Shown piece after piece: positions 45,792 to 55,913 of a DNA stretch of 64,000 nucleotides. Position 1 is the first letter of the stretch. Each line of letters starts with the position of its first letter. Under the pieces are notes generated by a model. It worked only from the letters and a program-made list of their open reading frames with translations. It was not told the DNA's origin and did no database searches. Position numbers and translations under genes: made by a program. This DNA comes from Candidatus Algichlamydia australiensis (GTDB lineage: Bacteria > Chlamydiota > Chlamydiia > Chlamydiales > JAJFMI01): contig JAXCHI010000003.1 in assembly GCA_033977065.1 (NCBI GenBank), forward strand, positions 320,001-384,000, written 5' to 3'.

Positions 45792-46460
45792 ATGAGTCTT
45801 ATGGCAATGTTTGCTTCGAAAAATTTTTTTGATCTGGAAAGCTTTGCTCATAAAGCTCTTTTTAATAGAGCACTCTTTGTTTGGGAAGTGCTAAGAGACT
45901 TGCCTTTCTATTTTGAAGAGTTGGTATTGGGTGAAATTCAGGGAAGTGTCTCTTCTCAAGCGATGCTCGTTCATGGGGACAAGATTCATGTGGGAAAAGG
46001 AAGTCGGATTGATCCGTTTGCAATGATTGAAGGTCCTGTTTGGATCGGCGAAGATTGTGAAATTCGTCATGGCGCTCTGATTCGTCCCTATACGATTTTA
46101 GGAAACGGTTGTGTTGTCGGTCATGCCTCTGAAGTAAAATCCTCGATAATGATGAATAATGCCGCTGCAGCGCATTTTAATTATGTAGGCGACTCGATGG
46201 TCGGCTCAGATGTAAATATTGGCGCAGGCGCCAAATGTGGAAATGTTCGTTTAGACGGAAGAGAAATTCTTTTGCGCCATGGTGGCGAGGGGATTCATAC
46301 GGGATTAAGAAAGTTTGGCGCAGTTTTAGGCGATGGAACGAAACTAGGCTGCAATGTTGTCACAAATCCCGGAACGGTTGTAAGAAAAAATTTTTTGGCT
46401 TTGCCAAACGCTGTTATTGGAGGGGTCCATCTTGATGAAGAAAGTTTTTACACCTCTTGA
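45792..46460 (+). CDS. Glucosamine-1-phosphate acetyltransferase-like hexapeptide-repeat protein (GlmU C-terminal domain only)
   Basis: Hexapeptide repeats; AHFNYVGDS and TGLRKFGA motifs. Confidence 0.85.
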   Translation: MSLMAMFASKNFFDLESFAHKALFNRALFVWEVLRDLPFYFEELVLGEIQGSVSSQAMLVHGDKIHVGKGSRIDPFAMIEGPVWIGEDCEIRHGALIRPYTILGNGCVVGHASEVKSSIMMNNAAAAHFNYVGDSMVGSDVNIGAGAKCGNVRLDGREILLRHGGEGIHTGLRKFGAVLGDGTKLGCNVVTNPGTVVRKNFLALPNAVIGGVHLDEESFYTS

Positions 46461-47244
46461 AATCATTGAAGAGGCTTTGAAGGTTAGTCTTAAAGATTTT
46501 GGTGATGATCACAGGTTGAAAGAGGCGTGTAGCTATGCGCTCTTGTCAGGCGGGAAGCGATTAAGACCTTTGCTGGTTTTGCAGATTGCAGAGTCGGTTG
46601 GAAAGGGACTGGTTCCAATTGATGCAGCCGTTGCTGTTGAGTTTTTTCATACAGCTTCGCTGATTGCCGATGATCTTCCCTGCATGGACAATGAACAGTG
46701 GCGCAGAGGAAAATTAGCTCTGCATCACGCTTATGGGGAGACGGTTGCGCTTCTTGCGAGCTATGGTTTAATTACGGCGGCTTTTGAAAAAATTCATTCT
46801 GCGTCTGAAGGGTTATCGCCACAGGTTTGTGCGATTGCAGTAAAGGAAGCGGCGCAAGCTGCGGGACTAAAGGGGGCGACAACGGGACAGTTTTATGACC
46901 TCTTTCCTCCAAATACAAATCGTGAGCAGCTGGAGCGCTTGCATCATTTGAAAACGGTGACGCTGTTTGAAACGGCGTTTATCTTCGGCCACCTTTTTGG
47001 TGGGGGAGATGAGTCGCTTGTTGAAGGGGTACGCGAGTGTGCGCGCCATTTCGGCTTTGCATTTCAAATCGCAGATGATATTGCGGACTTCGAAGAGGAT
47101 AGTGAAGAGAAAAACATTGCCTGCTTCTTAGGAAAAGAGAGGGCAGAAGTTCTTTTTCAAGAAGAACTTGCCGCTTTTTCAAAAGCGGCAAGTGTTCTGC
47201 CGTATGATTTAGACGCCTTGCGGCTCTGGAAGCGTGATCCCTAA
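46435..47244 (+). CDS. ispA: Polyprenyl (geranyl/farnesyl) diphosphate synthase
   Basis: GGKRLRP, DDLPCMD...RRG and FQIADD motifs. Confidence 0.93.
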   Translation: MKKVFTPLEIIEEALKVSLKDFGDDHRLKEACSYALLSGGKRLRPLLVLQIAESVGKGLVPIDAAVAVEFFHTASLIADDLPCMDNEQWRRGKLALHHAYGETVALLASYGLITAAFEKIHSASEGLSPQVCAIAVKEAAQAAGLKGATTGQFYDLFPPNTNREQLERLHHLKTVTLFETAFIFGHLFGGGDESLVEGVRECARHFGFAFQIADDIADFEEDSEEKNIACFLGKERAEVLFQEELAAFSKAASVLPYDLDALRLWKRDP

Positions 47245-48225
47245 TTTTTCTTGGCACTTTGTATAAATTTGCGCTTCTAATTCATTTGTGAGTTCTGGGT
47301 TTCTCTTTAACTCTTCGCGGAAGCCTTCACGTCCTTGAAAACGCTTGTCTTTATAGGTGAACCAGGAGCCCTTCTTCTCTATTAATCCAAAATCAACACC
47401 AAGGTCTAGGATAGAACCTTCGCGTGAAATTCCTTCGTTAAAGAGAATATCGAATTCGGCAATGCGGAAGGGGGGCGCCATTTTATTTTTTACAACTTTT
47501 ACTTTTACGCGGTTTCCTGTTTCACCAATGGAGGCGATGCGGCGAATATCCATGCGAATAGAGGAGTAAAATTTGAGCGCGCGTCCTCCTGTAGTGGTTT
47601 CTGGATTGCCAAACATCACGCCAATTTTTTCACGAATTTGGTTGATAAAGATAGCGCATGTGTTGCTACGTGAAAGGGTTGAGGTGAGTTTGCGCAGCGC
47701 TTGAGACATTAGTCGCGCTTGCAGACCGACGTGCGTGTCTCCAATTTCCCCATCCAGTTCATTTTTAGGAACAAGTGCAGCAACAGAGTCGATAACAATG
47801 ACATCAACAGCGTCGGAGCGTGCGAGCATTTCGACGATGTTAAGTGCCTCTTCACCACTGTTAGGTTGTGAGATCATAAGTTCATCAACGTTCACGCCAA
47901 TCTTTGCAGCGTAGCTAGGATCTAGTGCGTGCTCCGCATCAACATAGGCGCAGATGCCTCCCATTTTTTGTGCGCTTGCCACAATGTGAGTGGCAAGGGT
48001 TGATTTTCCAGAGGATTCCGGTCCGTAAATTTCAACAATTCGTCCGCGAGGCACCCCACCAATTCCAAGAGCAAGGTCTAATGAGATGGCTCCTGTCGGG
48101 ATTACTTTAAAGTTGCGATTAGCGGTGTGACTGCCAAGCGTCATGATCGCTCCTTCGCCAAACTGCTTTTCAATGTGAGAGATCGCCGCTTCGAGCGCCT
48201 TCTTTTTTGCAGAATTATCTGTCAT
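47209..48225 (-). CDS. recA: Recombinase A
   Basis: [17 protein letters not shown] and [15 protein letters not shown] motifs. Confidence 0.99.
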   Translation of the reverse strand: MTDNSAKKKALEAAISHIEKQFGEGAIMTLGSHTANRNFKVIPTGAISLDLALGIGGVPRGRIVEIYGPESSGKSTLATHIVASAQKMGGICAYVDAEHALDPSYAAKIGVNVDELMISQPNSGEEALNIVEMLARSDAVDVIVIDSVAALVPKNELDGEIGDTHVGLQARLMSQALRKLTSTLSRSNTCAIFINQIREKIGVMFGNPETTTGGRALKFYSSIRMDIRRIASIGETGNRVKVKVVKNKMAPPFRIAEFDILFNEGISREGSILDLGVDFGLIEKKGSWFTYKDKRFQGREGFREELKRNPELTNELEAQIYTKCQEKLGITLPEPQGV

Positions 48226-48277
48226 CGGGGGTACCTATCCGTTTTTAGCTTTTATCATAACGGGCAAGAGTATATAG

Positions 48278-49237
48278 ATGCAAAGTATGGTGATTCTAGC
48301 GGGTGACATTGGGGGAACAAAGACGCATCTTGCCGTTTTTGAGGGTGATGAGCGTATTTACGAAAAGCGTTTTCCCAGTCGGGATTATGCAAGTTTGGGG
48401 TTGATTGTTCAGGAGTTTCTTTCTGAAAAAAAGTTTCAGCCCACGGTTGCCTCTTTTGGAATTGCTGGTCCTGTTTGTGCAGGCCGCTGTGTAGCAACGA
48501 ATCTGGCTTGGGTTGTCGATAGTAAAGAGATTGCACAGGCCCTTAAAGTTGAAAAAGTTGGGTTGCTCAATGATCTAGAAGCGAATGCGTATGGTATTGC
48601 TGCACTAAAACCGGAAGAGTTTTTGGTCCTCAATGAGGGGGAGCAGCAGCGGGGAAATCAGGCGCTTATCTCTGCAGGCACCGGTCTTGGTGAGGCGGGG
48701 TTATACTTTGATGGAAGCGATCACCTTCCTTTTGCTTGTGAAGGTGGGCATGCTGATTTTGCTCCGCGCAACGAGAAAGAGATCGCTCTTTTTCAATTTT
48801 TACAAAAGCGTTTTGGTCATGTCTCTTATGAAAGGGTCTTGTCGGGTCCTGGAATGAAAAATATTTATGATTTTCTCGTGGAAACGGGAAGAGAGAAGCG
48901 CGATCCTGAGGTAGAGGGAGAGACCCCTAAGCGCTTTATTTCAGATAGGGCGATGAATGGAGAGAGCAGGGCTTGTGAGCACGCTTTGGATCTATTTATT
49001 TCATTATATGGGGCCGAAGCGGGAAATACTGCGTTAAAGTTTATGTCTTTGGGTGGGATTTTTGTAGGTGGAGGCATTGCTCCTAAGATTGCATCAAAGA
49101 TGCGCGATCATTTTATGAAAGCCTTTGTAGATAAGGGGCGTTTTGCAGAAATACTTCTCTCTATTCCGGTAAAAATCCTCTTAAATGAAGAGACAGCGCT
49201 TCTCGGTGCGCATCAATTTGCAAAAAAACTTAGTTGA
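48278..49237 (+). CDS. glk: Glucokinase
   Basis: GDIGGT, LNDLEA, AGTGLG, EGGH and ERVLSGPG motifs. Confidence 0.96.
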   Translation: MQSMVILAGDIGGTKTHLAVFEGDERIYEKRFPSRDYASLGLIVQEFLSEKKFQPTVASFGIAGPVCAGRCVATNLAWVVDSKEIAQALKVEKVGLLNDLEANAYGIAALKPEEFLVLNEGEQQRGNQALISAGTGLGEAGLYFDGSDHLPFACEGGHADFAPRNEKEIALFQFLQKRFGHVSYERVLSGPGMKNIYDFLVETGREKRDPEVEGETPKRFISDRAMNGESRACEHALDLFISLYGAEAGNTALKFMSLGGIFVGGGIAPKIASKMRDHFMKAFVDKGRFAEILLSIPVKILLNEETALLGAHQFAKKLS

Positions 49238-49440
49238 GAAAGTTCTTGTTTTTCAATAAGTTATCTTTTTGTTTCTTCTTTAATTGTCAATTAATAATAA
49301 AAAAAATTGAAAAAAGTATTTTAAAATAAAAGCTTTTTATTTATACCGATGGCTAGGGAGAAATGTATGCACTCGCTGTCGATATTGTTTCGATGCAAGT
49401 GCGAAAAAAATTATCTATTTAAACCCTCGTGAGGTAAACA

Positions 49441-50655
49441 ATGAACAATATGCTTAGCAAAGTCTTTTTCGTTCTTGCAGCATCTGCAGCCGCTAGCGGT
49501 TTCGGTGCTATGAGCACTAACGAAAGAGTCGCTCAGCTTGAGCAAAAAATGGACTGCGTCTATATGGATGTGCCATTAAGTATGTGCGGTTGCGAAGTAA
49601 CTGCAAGTACTTGTGGTCCACGTCTTGCAAACGCTCGTCCTGAAGTAAAAGCGGGTAGCGGATGCACCTGCCCAGGTTGGTTCATCGCTATTGATGCTAT
49701 TTATTGGCATCCAAAAGTTGGTGGAACTGAGTACGCTTACACAGATAACACAGCGCAAGTGTTACGAGCACCAATACAGAATGCTGGAGAAGGCTTGCCA
49801 CTTAGCGGACGTGTTAAAGATGTTGATTTCGATTGGGGATGGGGCTTCAAAGTAGGCCTTGGATACAACTTCCAACATGATGGATGGGATGTATCTGCCC
49901 TTTACACAAGATTTAGTGAAGAAGATTCTGAGTCAACAAGCCCAGGAAGAAATAGCAGTGTAGTTCCATTAAGAGCTTCTGCTGGTATTACAAGTCCTGC
50001 AGGACAAGCTCCAGGACCACAAGGGGTGTTCCTTTTCTCTGAGTTTGCAAAAACTGAGTTTGATATCGATTACGATCGTATCGATTTAGAGATGGGTCGT
50101 CACTTCTTTGTGAGTGAAAAACTTTCTTTACGTCCTTTCATTGGCTTAACAGCTGCTTGGATCGACTTGCAACAGAAGATTCGCTATGTTGGCGGAGTTG
50201 CTAACGGTGAAGACCTTGGTCTTTCTGTGAACACTGTTCACGTTAAAGATGAGTCTGACTTCAAAGGTTTAGGACCACGCTTCGGTTTCAACACAAAATG
50301 GCGCTTAGGTTATGACTTTAGTCTCTATGGTGACTTCTCAATGGCGTTCCTTTATGGACACTTTGATGTTGAGCACAAAGAGAACTACAGCTTGCTACCT
50401 GCAAACAGAGTAGGTCTTGATGCGGACATGAACCGTTTCGCTCCTAACTCAACTATTGGTCTTGGTATCGCATATGACACTTATCTTAACGAAGATAAGC
50501 ATCACATCGGTCTTAAGTTTGGTTACGAGAACCACTACTGGTGGAATGTTAACCAAATGTTGAGAATTGATGATTCAACATTCTGGCGTTATGAAAGAAT
50601 GAGTGAAGATGTGAGCTTCCACGGTCTAACTTTTGAAGTTCGCTTAGACTTCTAA
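49441..50655 (+). CDS. Lpg1974-family pore-forming outer membrane protein with a Cys-rich N-terminal segment
   Basis: Signal peptide; IYWHP, WGWGFKVGLGY, FKGLGPRFG and YENHYWW motifs; C-terminal RLDF. Confidence 0.88.
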   Translation: MNNMLSKVFFVLAASAAASGFGAMSTNERVAQLEQKMDCVYMDVPLSMCGCEVTASTCGPRLANARPEVKAGSGCTCPGWFIAIDAIYWHPKVGGTEYAYTDNTAQVLRAPIQNAGEGLPLSGRVKDVDFDWGWGFKVGLGYNFQHDGWDVSALYTRFSEEDSESTSPGRNSSVVPLRASAGITSPAGQAPGPQGVFLFSEFAKTEFDIDYDRIDLEMGRHFFVSEKLSLRPFIGLTAAWIDLQQKIRYVGGVANGEDLGLSVNTVHVKDESDFKGLGPRFGFNTKWRLGYDFSLYGDFSMAFLYGHFDVEHKENYSLLPANRVGLDADMNRFAPNSTIGLGIAYDTYLNEDKHHIGLKFGYENHYWWNVNQMLRIDDSTFWRYERMSEDVSFHGLTFEVRLDF

Positions 50656-50682
50656 GTTTAGCCAATAGCTAACTGAAACGAT

Positions 50683-50714
50683 AAGCCGCTGGGTTTCCCA
50701 GCGGCTTTTTTTTT
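50683..50714 (+). terminator. Rho-independent terminator
   Basis: aagccgctggg-ttt-cccagcggctt followed by a T-run. Confidence 0.92.
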
Positions 50715-50719
50715 CGGCT

Positions 50720-50884
50720 TAGATAGCGTCGTCAAAAGCATACAACCATCTTATTTTTCATGTTTGGGCTCCATTTTTGTGCTCAAATGAAGCGGAATTT
50801 ACAAATTCAGCTTCAATTTCCGCACAAAAATAAGCTGCAAACATGAAAAATAATCTGATTATAGCCTTTTGACGACACTATCTA
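50720..50884. mobile_element. 165-bp palindromic MITE/RPE-like element
   Basis: Imperfect ~47-bp TIRs (tagatagcgtcgtcaaaag.../...cttttgacgacactatcta); internal atttttgtgc/gcacaaaaat; TA at both ends; partial copy at 15773. Confidence 0.85.
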
Positions 50885-50932
50885 ATCTCGCGGTGCCAAA
50901 TCGCAAATACGAGGCAGCCTTCAAATTCATTC

Positions 50933-51050
50933 CGCCAACAAAAGTTATCTTTTTCCTCAGAAAAAGTTCTTCGAGCTGCACAAACATAAATAATGTTTGC
51001 TCCGCTCTGCAGAAGCTTTTTCTGCGAAAAAATCTTTCCTTTTGCTGGCG
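50933..51050. repeat. Long imperfect palindromic element
   Basis: Nested arms cgccaacaaaag/cttttgctggcg, cagaaaaag/ctttttctg and caaacat/atgtttg. Confidence 0.75.
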
Positions 51051-51380
51051 AAAGCAACTCGAAGCCCCCCTCTCAGCTGTCGCGCCGTATCACTTATACT
51101 ACTATGTGGTTGTGTCAAGGTGAGTGATCACATTTTTTTCCTTCCTTGTTTTTAAATTTATTTGTTTCAAATTTTTAACTATGCCTTATCGGCCAATCTA
51201 CTATTCGTGATCAAACTTTTCTGTCATGGCGGCAGTTTTGTCATTTGGCTTTGCGAGATGAAGCCGCTAGGTCGCTTCGTGTGGTTTAATTGTTTTTTTA
51301 GTTTTAGGTAATATTTTCTGTTTCTAATTAAATGGTTTTATTTTATGGTCCGGTTTAAGGATGAGTAGGTTTATTTAACT

Positions 51381-52466
51381 GTGAAACGTTTTTTTTGTAT
51401 TGGTTTGTTTTTGCTTTCTTCTGCTTTTGCGGTAGAGGGAATGATGACGTTCGATCAACTGGAGGTGCAGGTAAGAGAGCTGCAAGAGAAGGTTGCCAAC
51501 ATCACTGCGGAAACGCATTTGGATACAAATGCGCTTGTTTTGAAAACTGCGAATCCTGAGGTAGAAGAGGGAACGTGCTGGTTTGCAACAGCGGATATTC
51601 TGTATTGGCATCCTAAGGTAGGGGGGACGGCGTTTGCTTATTCTAATTCCCTCAATAATGTTGGGCTTCCTGTTAAAGGGCGCACAAAAAAAATTGATTT
51701 TGGTTGGGATTGGGGCTTTCGCTTCGGTTTGGGTCGCAACTTCTGCCACGATGAGTGGGACATCTATGTGAATTACACGCATTTCTATTCGACTGATAGT
51801 GAGCATACGGGTGCGGGACTGAACTCAACTGTCATTCCTTTGAAAGGGGCTGTTCTGACGGCAAATGGTGTAGGCAGCGCTAAATCACACTTTGATTTTG
51901 ACTTTGATGCGATTGATTTGGAGTTGGGAAGACACTTTTTTTTGAGTCAGAGGCTTGCGCTTCGTCCTTTTATTGGGCTGAAGACTGCTTGGATCGACTT
52001 GGATCAGGTCACACGTTACACAGGTGGCTCTATCGATATTTTAACGGCTAAGGTTGAGGATCAGTCGGACTTTTGGGGGCTTGGGCCGCGACTTGGTGTT
52101 CACTCTGAGTGGAACCTTTATAGAGGCTTTCGTTTCGTGGGAGATCTTTCGGGCTCTATGCTCTTTGGTCACTTTGACGTAGATCGCCGTGAGCATTTGA
52201 CTTCGTCTCCAGGTCAGGATGTGAAGCTGTGTGCTGATGAAAATCGTTTTTTACCCGTATTACAACTCTTTTTAGGGTTTGGATATGGGACCTATTTTGA
52301 TTGCAAAAATGTCTATCTAACGATTGATGCGGGGTATGAGGCGCAATATTGGTGGCGTGCCAACCAAATGCTGCGTGTTTACGAATATAACGCTTTTCGC
52401 TACGAGCAGATTTCAGAAGACATGACAATGCATGGGCTCACGATCAAACTGCGTCTTGATTTCTGA
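51381..52466 (+). CDS. Lpg1974-family outer membrane protein (paralog of 49441-50655)
   Basis: YWHPKVGGT, LELGRHFF and LRPFIGL motifs shared with the upstream porin; ends RLDF. Confidence 0.88.
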   Translation: MKRFFCIGLFLLSSAFAVEGMMTFDQLEVQVRELQEKVANITAETHLDTNALVLKTANPEVEEGTCWFATADILYWHPKVGGTAFAYSNSLNNVGLPVKGRTKKIDFGWDWGFRFGLGRNFCHDEWDIYVNYTHFYSTDSEHTGAGLNSTVIPLKGAVLTANGVGSAKSHFDFDFDAIDLELGRHFFLSQRLALRPFIGLKTAWIDLDQVTRYTGGSIDILTAKVEDQSDFWGLGPRLGVHSEWNLYRGFRFVGDLSGSMLFGHFDVDRREHLTSSPGQDVKLCADENRFLPVLQLFLGFGYGTYFDCKNVYLTIDAGYEAQYWWRANQMLRVYEYNAFRYEQISEDMTMHGLTIKLRLDF

Positions 52467-52728
52467 TTGAGAAGTCAGAAAAGTTTTCTCCACGACTTCT
52501 TACGTTGATCTCTTTGCGATCAATGCGAACGAGAGGGTTGCTCTTTTCAATCGCAGCTAAAAGGTTTTCTGCTGCCAGGCGATCGCCTAAAAAACAGATT
52601 TCGATTCCACCGTCGTTGCAATTACAAACATATCCTTTCAAACCAAGTTTTGCCGCAGTCTTTTTTGTGGCTCTGCGAAAAAAGACACCCTGAACTCTTC
52701 CCCAGGCGCGAATGTGGATTTCATCCAT
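52444..52728 (-). CDS. acyP: Acylphosphatase
   Basis: GRVQGVFFR...GLKGYVCN motif. Confidence 0.9.
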   Translation of the reverse strand: MDEIHIRAWGRVQGVFFRRATKKTAAKLGLKGYVCNCNDGGIEICFLGDRLAAENLLAAIEKSNPLVRIDRKEINVRSRGENFSDFSIRNQDAV

Positions 52729-53695
52729 AGATGTTTATGATCTCTCTTGCTTCTTCAAGCGAGGCGATGCGGCTCAATTTTTCACGCAGCACCTTGCTTC
52801 CTTCACTCTTCTTTAAATACCAAGAGCTAATTCGACGCAAGTCGAGAAGAGCACGCCTTGTCGGCTGATAAGCTAAGATTTTTTCAAGGTGCTCAAGCAG
52901 AGTCTCTTTGATCTGCTCTTTTGTTTTGGGGGGCGGGGGATTTCCTTCTAGAGTTTCGACAACATCCTGGAAAATCCATGGGGCGCCGAGTGTTCCACGT
53001 GAAATCAAGATGCCATCGCAATCTGTTTGCTCAAAAATGGCAAGAGCGCTCTTGCCATCAAAGATATCGCCGTTTCCGACAACAAGAATCTCTTTGGCAA
53101 CCTTTTTGGATTCAGCAATGGGGGACCAGTCGGCAAAGCCTTTGTAGCCCTGCTCGCGTGTGCGGCCGTGAATAGTGATCATCTTCGCGCCCGCTTGTTC
53201 GGCAATTTTTGTGATTTCAGGAGCAATGATGTGGTTGTCATCCCATCCCATGCGAATCTTAACCGTGACTGGAATTTGAACAGCATTGACCATTTCAAAG
53301 AGAATTTCGCCCATTTTTTCAGGATTTTTGAGAAGAGCGGAGCCGCTGCCATCTTTGGTCACTTTGTCTACGGGACAACCGCAGTTTAAATCGAGGAGGT
53401 CAAATCCTAATTCTTCCACTTGCCTTGCTGCTTGAGCGGCAATTTTGGGGTTGGCACCGCAAAGTTGCGCCCCAATCGGGTGCATATCTCCCTCATAATC
53501 GAGAAGGCGGTAGGTGCCGGGATCAAAACGCACAAGCGCCTCCATCTTGACCATCTCATTAAAGAAAATGCCCGGACGGTAGCGTTGCGCCATTTGGCGA
53601 TAGGGGAGATCTGAGCAGCCCGCCAGGGGTGCATAGAAAATATTCGATTTTAACTGGAGCGATCCAATCTTTAGGGGACGAAAAAACTTTTTCAC
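52721..53695 (-). CDS. dusB: tRNA-dihydrouridine synthase
   Basis: APLAG, DLNCGCP, TVKIRMG, IHGRT and GNGDI motifs. True start is probably GTG 53695, overlapping the yggT stop. Confidence 0.93.
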   Translation of the reverse strand: MKKFFRPLKIGSLQLKSNIFYAPLAGCSDLPYRQMAQRYRPGIFFNEMVKMEALVRFDPGTYRLLDYEGDMHPIGAQLCGANPKIAAQAARQVEELGFDLLDLNCGCPVDKVTKDGSGSALLKNPEKMGEILFEMVNAVQIPVTVKIRMGWDDNHIIAPEITKIAEQAGAKMITIHGRTREQGYKGFADWSPIAESKKVAKEILVVGNGDIFDGKSALAIFEQTDCDGILISRGTLGAPWIFQDVVETLEGNPPPPKTKEQIKETLLEHLEKILAYQPTRRALLDLRRISSWYLKKSEGSKVLREKLSRIASLEEAREIINIYG

Positions 53696-53961
53696 AGAAA
53701 TAGAGCTATTAGCGTTCTCATTACAAGATATTTTATAATATAGAGCGCAAAAAATGCAACAAGGGGGCTGATGTCCATCACTCCGCCAATGGGAGGGATA
53801 ATACGGCGAAAAATGTTGAGGTAGGGATCGGTGTAAAAGGAGACAAATTGCATAAACTTTGAATTTTGCAGCTGAGGAATCCAGCTGCCGAGCACGCGAA
53901 TAATCAATAAAAGAGTATAGGCAGAAAAGAGATAGTTGATTGTCTTGATTACATAAAGCAT
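53692..53961 (-). CDS. yggT: YggT family membrane protein
   Basis: SW...TDPYL..FRRIIPPIGG.MDISP motif; GGAGG SD. Confidence 0.93.
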   Translation of the reverse strand: MLYVIKTINYLFSAYTLLLIIRVLGSWIPQLQNSKFMQFVSFYTDPYLNIFRRIIPPIGGVMDISPLVAFFALYIIKYLVMRTLIALFL

Positions 53962-54016
53962 AATCCTCCTTATACCAGATGCAAAATATAGATAAAATCC
54001 TTATAATCATTACCAA

Positions 54017-55327
54017 ATGAGAAGTGAAAAGCGAAAAAAATCTGTAGTTGCACTCTCTCTTGATGGAGACACACTAGAGATCACTCGTTACAAAGACGGA
54101 GCCTTCTGTTCAAAAAAAATTGTAGGGGAGCGGGCGTTACTGAGAATCGCTCTTGATCAAGAGGTGGGGCAAGCTGAGGTTGTTACAGCTCTTGGTGGTG
54201 CAGAGCTTCTTTTTCGCAGCCTTGAAATGCCTTTGCGAGAAAAGCGCGCTATTTTCAAAGCCCTACCTTTTCAACTTGAGAATCTTATCCCCTTTTCTGC
54301 CGAAGAGGCTCTTGTCTTGCCCCTTCTTAAACGAAAGGGGCGCAAGAAGACAAGAGTGGAACTGTTTGCCACACAGAAGAAAAGTTTAGAGAGGCACTTG
54401 CAATTCTGGCATCGTCTCTTTATTGAGCCCGACTTTGTCTCTGCTCACATTCAAGGGTTGTGGCGTTTTTTGCAAAAGAGAGGGCAGAAAGAGGCGACCC
54501 TACTTCATTTAGGAGAGAGGGAGAGCTATTTGCTTCTTATAAAGGGGGGAGAGTTGCAAGCGGCGATCTCCTTGAGAGTGGGGAGCAGCTCCCCAGAATC
54601 GGAAATAAAAAAAGAGCTATATAGAGCCTTTCACTTTTTGGGTGCAGATCTCCCACCGCTCTTAATCACTGGAAACGAATACCCAAAAATCCGTGAGTTG
54701 ATCTCCACGCTTGTAGACAAAATTTCTTTGGCAACTGATGAAGCGGCTCCTTTTGCTTTAACGGTTGGGCTAGCTCTAGATGCAGCGGTGCAAGATCGCC
54801 ACAGCTTGCAATTTCGGCTAAATGAGTATGCGCCCGTTTTGCAGGTCGCTAAAGCAAAGAAAAGATTTGCACTTTTTGCTTCCTGTACTCTTCTCTATCT
54901 TCTCGTTTTCTCACTTGTGGGGAGAGGAGTTGTACAAAAAAAAGAGAGAAGGCTTGAAAAACGCAAAGAGAAAATTTCACTTCTGTGTAAACAAAAGCTT
55001 AAAACAACACCAAATGGCTTAAGTAAAGTAGAGGTTGGGTCGGGAACAGAGACACCTCCCCCTTTGGTATCAGACCTTCTTGCCTATTTGGCCGCTCTTC
55101 CTGAATTGGAGAGAGGGGTCGAAATCAAGAAAGTGCATTACAGCCTACTTCACTATCCTACGGTAGAGAAGCCCAATACTCGGTACGAGGTGGAAGTCTG
55201 CCTAGAAGTTTTCACTGAATCCTCGGAGCTAGCAAATAAATTTTATGAAAAAATTCGAAAAGAGAAGAAAAAAGTGAGATGGCAACGTTATGAAAAGAGC
55301 TATCAAATTACATTTACCTATTCATAA
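54017..55327 (+). CDS. GspL/PilM-like protein (actin-like cytoplasmic domain plus TM)
   Basis: RSLEMP...KALPFQLENLIPF motif; single TM segment in the C-terminal third. Confidence 0.65.
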   Translation: MRSEKRKKSVVALSLDGDTLEITRYKDGAFCSKKIVGERALLRIALDQEVGQAEVVTALGGAELLFRSLEMPLREKRAIFKALPFQLENLIPFSAEEALVLPLLKRKGRKKTRVELFATQKKSLERHLQFWHRLFIEPDFVSAHIQGLWRFLQKRGQKEATLLHLGERESYLLLIKGGELQAAISLRVGSSSPESEIKKELYRAFHFLGADLPPLLITGNEYPKIRELISTLVDKISLATDEAAPFALTVGLALDAAVQDRHSLQFRLNEYAPVLQVAKAKKRFALFASCTLLYLLVFSLVGRGVVQKKERRLEKRKEKISLLCKQKLKTTPNGLSKVEVGSGTETPPPLVSDLLAYLAALPELERGVEIKKVHYSLLHYPTVEKPNTRYEVEVCLEVFTESSELANKFYEKIRKEKKKVRWQRYEKSYQITFTYS

Positions 55328-55913
55328 ACCCTATTTGTGGGTCTCTCTTTTTTGCCTAGCACTTATGAGTGTGGCTATTCCCTTCTGTTTTTTTCAAAAA
55401 AAACTCTCCACCCTTATTGAACAGGAGCAAGAGCTAAACAATTTAGAAAGAAGAGTTCGTCTCACAATTGGACGTCATGGCAACCATAAAAGATATGTAG
55501 AGAGGTTTGCAGAAGCTGATTCCCAGTACATCAGTCGGTATTTAGAGAAAATGCACTTCTTGGAAGAAGAGAAAAAGACTCTGCAAATTCTAGCGAGCCA
55601 GGGGGGACTTGTTAAGCAAGTAGAACTCAAACCTCTTTTAGAAAACCAGCTACGATTTGCTGAAGTGACAAGACGCAAACAGAAGAATTACGAAGAGATA
55701 GAGCTCTCACAGATGCAGCCTGTAAAGATGAATCTGCAAGACATAAAAACTTTCCTGAGTGCTGTTGAGGGGGCTCCCTTTTCCTCTATTAAAACTCCAA
55801 AGACGCGTCCGCAACTTTTGATCAAGGAGCTTATACTGGAAAAGGAGAAGTTTTTTGCATCTAAAGAGATCTACTCAGTTAAAAGTCAAATTATTCAAAG
55901 AGATATTCAATGA
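55290..55913 (+). CDS. Conserved chlamydial membrane-anchored hypothetical protein
   Basis: N-terminal TM and coiled coil; in an operon with its neighbours. Confidence 0.7.
   Translation: MKRAIKLHLPIHKPYLWVSLFCLALMSVAIPFCFFQKKLSTLIEQEQELNNLERRVRLTIGRHGNHKRYVERFAEADSQYISRYLEKMHFLEEEKKTLQILASQGGLVKQVELKPLLENQLRFAEVTRRKQKNYEEIELSQMQPVKMNLQDIKTFLSAVEGAPFSSIKTPKTRPQLLIKELILEKEKFFASKEIYSVKSQIIQRDIQ

Noticed and set aside
50869..51123. 84-aa ORF, and similarly 45481-45684
   Set aside because: They span palindromic repeats with no SD or protein-like features.
53696..54016. 107-aa N-terminal extension of dusB in the ORF track
   Set aside because: Overlaps yggT in another frame; GTG 53695 gives a normal-length DusB.
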